DNA of 31,592 nt from Clostridia bacterium (lineage in GTDB: Bacteria; Bacillota; Clostridia; Oscillospirales; CAG-272), in contig JAGCYR010000173.1 in assembly GCA_017960705.1 (NCBI GenBank), positions 1 to 31,592 of the forward strand, given 5' to 3'. Shown piece after piece: positions 26,571 through 31,592 of the stretch (the first letter of the stretch is position 1; each line of letters starts with the position of its first letter). A model generated the notes under the pieces. That model was not told the DNA's origin, searched no databases, and worked only from the letters and a program-made list of their open reading frames with translations. The translations under genes and the position numbers were made by a program.

Positions 26571-28868
26571 ATGGAAATGCAAATGTGCGCGCGGTGCAAG
26601 AAGCGGCTTGCCGTCGTCTTCATCACCCGCATGGAAAATAATCAGACGGTCAACGAGGGGCTCTGCCTTCGTTGCGCCCGCGAGCTCGGGATCAAGCCGG
26701 TCAGCGATATGCTCGGCAAGATGGGGCTCGACGACGAGGCGATCGAAAAGATGAACTCCGAGATGAACGACGTGGTCGAATCTCTTGCCGACGTATCGAA
26801 CGACGACGGCGAGGACGGCGGCGCGCCGGCGGTCGATATTCCGAAGATCTTTCAGAATCTCGGCTTCCCGATGCCGCAGCGGAAGAGACCCGAGGAGGGC
26901 AAGCCAAACGAGAAACAGAAGCGCGAGCCCAAACGGAAGTTCCTCTCGACTTACTGCCAGAACCTGACCGAACGGGCAAAACAGGGGAAGATCGACCGCA
27001 TCGTCGGGCGCGACAGGGAGCTTTCGCGGGTGATCCAGATCCTTTGCCGCAGACAGAAGAACAATCCGTGTCTCATAGGCGAGCCCGGCGTCGGCAAGAC
27101 CGCCATCGACGAGGCGCTTGCGGTGAAGATCGCGGACGGGGAGGTCCCGGCGCGCTTGAAAGGATCCGAGGTGTGGCTGGTCGACCTGACGGCGCTCGTC
27201 GCGGGTACGCAGTTCAGAGGACAGTTCGAGTCGCGCATCCTCGGTCTGATCAACGAAGTGAAAGAGGCGGGGAACGTCATCCTCGTCATCAACGAAGTGC
27301 ATAATATCGCGGGAGCGGGTGAAGCGGAGGGCAGTATGAACGCCGCCAACATCCTGAAGCCCGCCTTGTCGCGCGGAGAGATCCAGGTGATCGGCGCGAC
27401 CACGATGAAGGAATACCGCAAGTATATCGAGAAGGATTCCGCCCTCGAACGCCGCTTCCAGCCCGTGATCGTCGGGGAACCGTCGGTCGACGACACCGTG
27501 AAGATGCTCGGCGCGATCCGCTCGTATTACGAAAACTACCATCACATCACCATTCCCGACGCGGTGCTCGACGCCGCGGCGAGATTGTCGGAGCGCTATA
27601 TCACCGACCGTTTCCTCCCCGATAAGGCGATCGACCTGATCGACGAAGCGGCGGCGCACGTCGCGCTCTCCTCCACGGCGCTGACCGAGCGTGCGGAGGC
27701 CGAAAAAGCCCTCGCCGAGGTGCAGGAGAAGAAGGCGGCGCTCGAAGCCGAGACCCCCTCCGAGACCGAGGAAGGGAAGAACGAGGAGCTCTACAAGGAG
27801 ATCGCGGATCTCCGCGTGAAGGAGCTCCAGCTGAACCAGAAAAAGACCGAACTCGACGCCGCCTGCGCCGCGCTCACCGTTACGGTGAACGACCTTGCCG
27901 ACGTGATCGAAATCTGGACGGGCATCCCCGCCACCGAGATCCGCGAGACCGAGTTCGAGCAGCTCGACAAGCTCGAGGAACGCATCAAACTCCGCATCGT
28001 CGGGCAGGACGAGGCGGTCTCGACCGTCGTCCGCGCCATCCGCAGAAAGCGGGCGGGCGTTTCGGTGCGCCGTTCCCCCGTCTCGATGATCTTCGCGGGT
28101 CCCACCGGCGTCGGTAAGACCGAGCTGGTCAAGGTGCTCGCCGCCGATCTCTTCAAACAGCCCGATACCCTGATACGGCTGGATATGTCGGAATATATGG
28201 AGAAACATTCGGTCTCCCGGATCATCGGCGCGCCTCCCGGCTACGTCGGATTCGACGAGGCGGGTCAGCTGACCGAGAAGATCCGGCGCCGTCCCTATTC
28301 TGTCGTCCTCTTCGACGAGATCGAGAAGGCGCATCCCGACGTTTTGAACGTTCTTCTCCAGATCCTTGACGACGGACGGGTGACCGACGCGACGGGACGC
28401 ACCGTCAACTTCGAGAACACAGTTATCATTATGACCACCAACGCCGGTTCCGACAAGAGTTCTTCTGTCGTCGGGTTTTCCGAGACCGCAGAGCAGCAGG
28501 GGAAGATCAAGACCGAAAACGCCCTGTCCACCTTCCTCCGCCCCGAGTTCCTGAATCGCGTCGACGCGATCGTGACCTTCCGTTCGCTCGACAAGAACGA
28601 CTTCAACCGGATCGCCTCCATTATGCTGAACGATCTGAAAGAAGTGCTGGACAAGAAGGGCATCCGCCTGACCTGGGACGATTCGATCCCCGCCGTGATC
28701 GCGGAGCGGTCCTTCTCACTCAAGTTCGGCGCGCGCAATATGCGGCGGTTCATCGAGACCGAGGTCGAGGATCCGATCGCGAACGCGGTGATCGCGAATT
28801 ACGCGAGCGGGGTCGCCGGCGTCCATCTCTCGGATAAAGACGGTAAAATCGAGGTCAGTTCGCTCTGA
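26571..28868 (+). CDS. Class I Clp/Hsp100 ATPase with N-terminal Zn-finger (ClpE/ClpC-like)
   Basis: N-terminal CxxC...CxxC, two Walker A motifs (GEPGVGKT, GPTGVGKT), ALERRFQ, M-domain coiled coil, RPEFLNR. NBD1 Walker B is atypical (LVINE). Confidence 0.92.
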   Translation: MEMQMCARCKKRLAVVFITRMENNQTVNEGLCLRCARELGIKPVSDMLGKMGLDDEAIEKMNSEMNDVVESLADVSNDDGEDGGAPAVDIPKIFQNLGFPMPQRKRPEEGKPNEKQKREPKRKFLSTYCQNLTERAKQGKIDRIVGRDRELSRVIQILCRRQKNNPCLIGEPGVGKTAIDEALAVKIADGEVPARLKGSEVWLVDLTALVAGTQFRGQFESRILGLINEVKEAGNVILVINEVHNIAGAGEAEGSMNAANILKPALSRGEIQVIGATTMKEYRKYIEKDSALERRFQPVIVGEPSVDDTVKMLGAIRSYYENYHHITIPDAVLDAAARLSERYITDRFLPDKAIDLIDEAAAHVALSSTALTERAEAEKALAEVQEKKAALEAETPSETEEGKNEELYKEIADLRVKELQLNQKKTELDAACAALTVTVNDLADVIEIWTGIPATEIRETEFEQLDKLEERIKLRIVGQDEAVSTVVRAIRRKRAGVSVRRSPVSMIFAGPTGVGKTELVKVLAADLFKQPDTLIRLDMSEYMEKHSVSRIIGAPPGYVGFDEAGQLTEKIRRRPYSVVLFDEIEKAHPDVLNVLLQILDDGRVTDATGRTVNFENTVIIMTTNAGSDKSSSVVGFSETAEQQGKIKTENALSTFLRPEFLNRVDAIVTFRSLDKNDFNRIASIMLNDLKEVLDKKGIRLTWDDSIPAVIAERSFSLKFGARNMRRFIETEVEDPIANAVIANYASGVAGVHLSDKDGKIEVSSL

Positions 28869-28897
28869 CCGGATAATAAAAGCAGGAGTTTACACCA

Positions 28898-29743
28898 ATG
28901 GCTGAAGAATGCACCCACGATTGTTCGACCTGCTCCGCGGACTGCGGCTCGCGGCAGACGGCGATCGAAAAAGAAAAACAGAACGAAGGCTCAAACGTCC
29001 GCCGCGTGATCGGGATCGTTTCCGGTAAAGGCGGGGTGGGGAAGTCGCTCGTCACGAGCGCCCTCGCCACCATCCTGCGCCGCCGCGACCTCGTGACGGC
29101 GATCCTCGACGCCGACGTGACGGGACCCTCGATCCCCAAGGCGTTCGGGCTGAAACCCGGCACCGTCAAGGGGTGCGAGGGCGGTATGCTTCCTCCGCGC
29201 AGCAAAACGGGCGTTGAGATCATGTCGCTCAACCTGCTCGTCGGCGACGAGACCGAGCCGGTCGTCTGGCGGGGTCCCGTCATCGCGGGGGCGGTCAAGC
29301 AGTTCTGGACCGACGTGGTCTGGGGCGACGTGGACTATATGTTCGTCGATATGCCCCCGGGAACCGGCGACGTTCCGCTGACGGTGTTCCAGAGTCTGCC
29401 CCTCGACGGGATCATCGTGGTCTCCAGCCCCCAGGAACTGGTCTCGATGATCGTCGAAAAGGCGATCCGGATGGCGGAACTGATGAAGATCCCGGTGCTG
29501 GGTCTGGTCGAGAACTACAGTTACGTCAAGTGTCCCGACTGCGGTCGCGAGATCCGCGTTTTCGGAGAGAGTAAGATCGAGGAAACGGCGAAGCGCCTCG
29601 GCGTGCCGCTGCTCGCCCGGATCCCGCTCGATCCCGAACTTGCGAAGCTCGCCGACGCCGGGCAGATCGAACTGCTCGCAAGCCCCGAATTCGAGGCGGC
29701 GGCGGATATGATCGAACGCGCCCTTCCACCGAAAAACGCATAA
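28898..29743 (+). CDS. mrp: Mrp/NBP35 (ApbC) Fe-S cluster carrier ATPase
   Basis: N-terminal Cys cluster CTHDCSTC...C, SGKGGVGKS, DADVTGPS, DMPPGTGD, ENYS..CPDC. Confidence 0.92.
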   Translation: MAEECTHDCSTCSADCGSRQTAIEKEKQNEGSNVRRVIGIVSGKGGVGKSLVTSALATILRRRDLVTAILDADVTGPSIPKAFGLKPGTVKGCEGGMLPPRSKTGVEIMSLNLLVGDETEPVVWRGPVIAGAVKQFWTDVVWGDVDYMFVDMPPGTGDVPLTVFQSLPLDGIIVVSSPQELVSMIVEKAIRMAELMKIPVLGLVENYSYVKCPDCGREIRVFGESKIEETAKRLGVPLLARIPLDPELAKLADAGQIELLASPEFEAAADMIERALPPKNA

Positions 29744-29778
29744 AAAACGGCGTTTTTCCGAACAATAGAATCACTACG

Positions 29779-29810
29779 GTTTCCGGCTGTTTCACGCAGC
29801 CGGAAACTTT
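29779..29810 (+). terminator. Intrinsic terminator of the cvpA-clp-mrp unit
   Basis: Perfect 11-bp stem GTTTCCGGCTG/CAGCCGGAAAC followed by TTT and an AT-rich tail. Confidence 0.75.
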
Positions 29811-29826
29811 GATAATTTTTTCTCAA
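29809..29826. promoter_or_regulatory. Rex-like operator palindrome
   Basis: TTGATAA-TTTT-TTCTCAA versus Rex consensus TTGT(G/T)AA-N4-TT(A/C)ACAA, with two symmetric mismatches. Confidence 0.4.
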
Positions 29827-29842
29827 TTTCAAGAAAATCCTA

Positions 29843-29871
29843 TTGACAAAAACCGACCGTTATATTATAAT
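29843..29871 (+). promoter_or_regulatory. Consensus sigmaA promoter of the hydrogenase/NADH dehydrogenase operon
   Basis: TTGACA-17 nt-TATAAT. Confidence 0.88.
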
Positions 29872-29932
29872 ATTTGATTGAATGCGGAACTGCGGTTCCG
29901 ACCATTTCAGAAAACAAACAGGAGGGGCAAAA

Positions 29933-30418
29933 ATGGCTCGTTTAAGCGAAGCGGCGGTCAAACAGATCAAAGAGATCTGCGACAGATACAAAGATGAAAA
30001 TACGCCGCTTATGATGATCCTCAGCGACGTTCAGAACGAATACGGTTACATTCCGCTGGAGGTACAGGAGGTCGTGTCCGAAAAGACCGGGATCCCCGTC
30101 GCGGAGATCTACGGAGTCGTGACTTTCTACGCCTTCTTCTCCCTGAAACCGAAGGGAAAATACGTGATCGGGTGCTGCCTCGGGACGGCTTGCTACGTCA
30201 AGGGCGCGCAGCTGATCCTTGATAAATTCTCGGATATCCTCGGCATCAAGCCGGGCGAGACGACCGAGGACGGGATGTTCACGCTCGACGCGCTTCGCTG
30301 CATCGGCGCGTGCAGTCTTGCGCCCGCCGTTTCGATCAACGGCAGAGTGTTCCCGAAGATGACCACGGATAGCGTCGAGAAAATCGTGGAAGATTACAGA
30401 GCGGGGGTGTACGCCTGA
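29933..30418 (+). CDS. NuoE/HydC-like [2Fe-2S] subunit of a flavin-based (likely electron-bifurcating) hydrogenase complex
   Basis: IYGVVTFYAFF, CLGTACYVKG, CIGAC. AGGAGG RBS before ATG at 29933. Confidence 0.9.
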   Translation: MARLSEAAVKQIKEICDRYKDENTPLMMILSDVQNEYGYIPLEVQEVVSEKTGIPVAEIYGVVTFYAFFSLKPKGKYVIGCCLGTACYVKGAQLILDKFSDILGIKPGETTEDGMFTLDALRCIGACSLAPAVSINGRVFPKMTTDSVEKIVEDYRAGVYA

Positions 30419-31592
30419 TGATTAAGGATCTGAAACAACTCGAAGAATACTCCAACAAATGTACCGCCTGCATGGACGCGAAACTCAAGGGCGAGGACGG
30501 CAAACGGCACGTTGTCGTCTGCGGCGATACCGGCTGCCTTGCGTCCCACTCCGGCGAGATCATCGAAAAGTTCGAGAAGATGATCGAAGAGAAGAAGCTC
30601 GGAGACAAGGTGACGGTCAACCGCGTCGCCTGCTTCGGCTACTGCTCGCAGGGTCCGTTCGTCAAGATCTATCCCGAGGAGACCACCTACCGCGCCGTCA
30701 AGGTCGAGGACGTCGAGGAAATCGTGGAATCCGATCTGATCGGCGGCAAGATCGTCGACCGTCTGCTCTACGTGGACGAGAAAACGGGGAAGAAGGTCGT
30801 CAAGCAGGACGACATCCCCTACTATAAGAAGCAGGTCCACATCGCCCTTCACGGATGCGGCAGTCTGAACCCCGAGAAGATCGAGGAAGCGTTCGGGGAA
30901 GGCGCGTTCAAGGGACTTGCGAGGGCTCTCACGATGGACCGTCAGGCGGTCATCGACGAGATCCTGAAATCCGGGCTCCGCGGCCGCGGCGGCGGCGGGT
31001 TCCCGACCGGGCGCAAATGGCAGTTCGCCTACGCGCAGCCCGAGGGGACCAAGTACGTCGTCTGCAACGGCGACGAGGGCGACCCCGGCGCGTTCATGGA
31101 CCGTGCGATCCTTGAGGCGAACGCCCTGACCGTCATCGAAGGTATGATGATCGCCGGCTACGCCATCGGCGCGCAGAACGGCTACTTCTACATCCGTGCG
31201 GAGTACCGATCGCCGTCGCCCGTCTGAAACTCGCGATCAAGCAGGCGGAGGAACTCGGACTGATCGGGGACAACATCCTCGGCACCGGCTTCAACTTCCG
31301 CGTGCATATCCGTCTCGGCGCCGGCGCGTTCGTCTGCGGCGAGGAAACGGCGCTTCTGAACGCCATCGAGGGCAAGCGCGGCATGCCCAGGCCCCGTCCC
31401 CCGTTCCCGGCGGTGAAGGGCCTGTGGGGCCAGTCCACCATCATCAACAACGTGGAGACCCTGGCCTGTGTGCCCTACATTCTGCGTGAGGGCGCCGAGA
31501 AGTTTGCCAGCGTCGGCACGGAGAAGTCCAAGGGCACCAAGGTGTTCGCCCTGGGCGGCAAGGTGAATAACGTCGGTCTGGTGGAGCTGCCC
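30418..31592 (+). pseudogene. NuoF/HydB-like FMN/NADH subunit with N-terminal thioredoxin-like [2Fe-2S] domain; 1-nt deletion near 31206-31207; truncated by window end
   Basis: CGDTGC, CFGYCSQGP, GLRGRGGGGFPTG.KW, CNGDEGDPGAFMDR. After YIRAEY the shifted frame resumes PIAVARLK...[13 protein letters not shown]...INNVET. Confidence 0.88.

Noticed and set aside
29825-29839. CodY-like box (AATTTCAAGAAAATC) and partial similarity to the streptococcal difSL right arm
   Set aside because: Three mismatches to the CodY consensus in an AT-rich stretch; only 12 nt resemble difSL and the other arm is absent.
31196-31230. Programmed ribosomal frameshift in hydB
   Set aside because: No slippery sequence or stimulator, and I know of no precedent in this family.
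1-31592. Frequent GATC/CGATCG/GCGATCGC words (HIP1-like)
   Set aside because: Largely explained by preferred GCG/ATC/GAT codons; only a handful of full octamers seen, and no enrichment test could be run.

Overview
GC-rich, spore-former-type Clostridia (Firmicutes) chromosomal core region with 29 protein-coding loci and no rRNA, tRNA, CRISPR array, IS or prophage. Order: XRE-HTH/TPR regulator, fumarase beta subunit, yunB and xerC (all minus strand); membrane protein, cwlD, radA, TIGR01212 radical SAM, EF-G2-type paralogue, E2-like protein, Wzy-like protein; a convergent membrane protein; an apparent 12-gene run nusB...recN-murB-whiA-dnaE; cvpA-like/clpE-like/mrp; and the start of a hydC/hydB (NuoE/NuoF-like) operon. 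The most unusual feature is at 11-117: an array in which a constant 9-nt linker (CATATCGCG) alternates with four different, individually self-complementary hairpins. One carries the ultrastable GCGAAGC mini-hairpin, and the + strand folds better. Other highlights: two sigmaE-like promoters, Shine-Dalgarno-sequestering hairpins before cwlD and murB, a long tail-less stem-loop after the EF-G paralogue, and no TAG among 28 terminal stops. Three reading-frame lesions, several missense changes at conserved residues and a codon-usage switch in the last ~200 nt point to possible consensus errors or chimerism. All family calls come from motif recognition by eye, not database searches.
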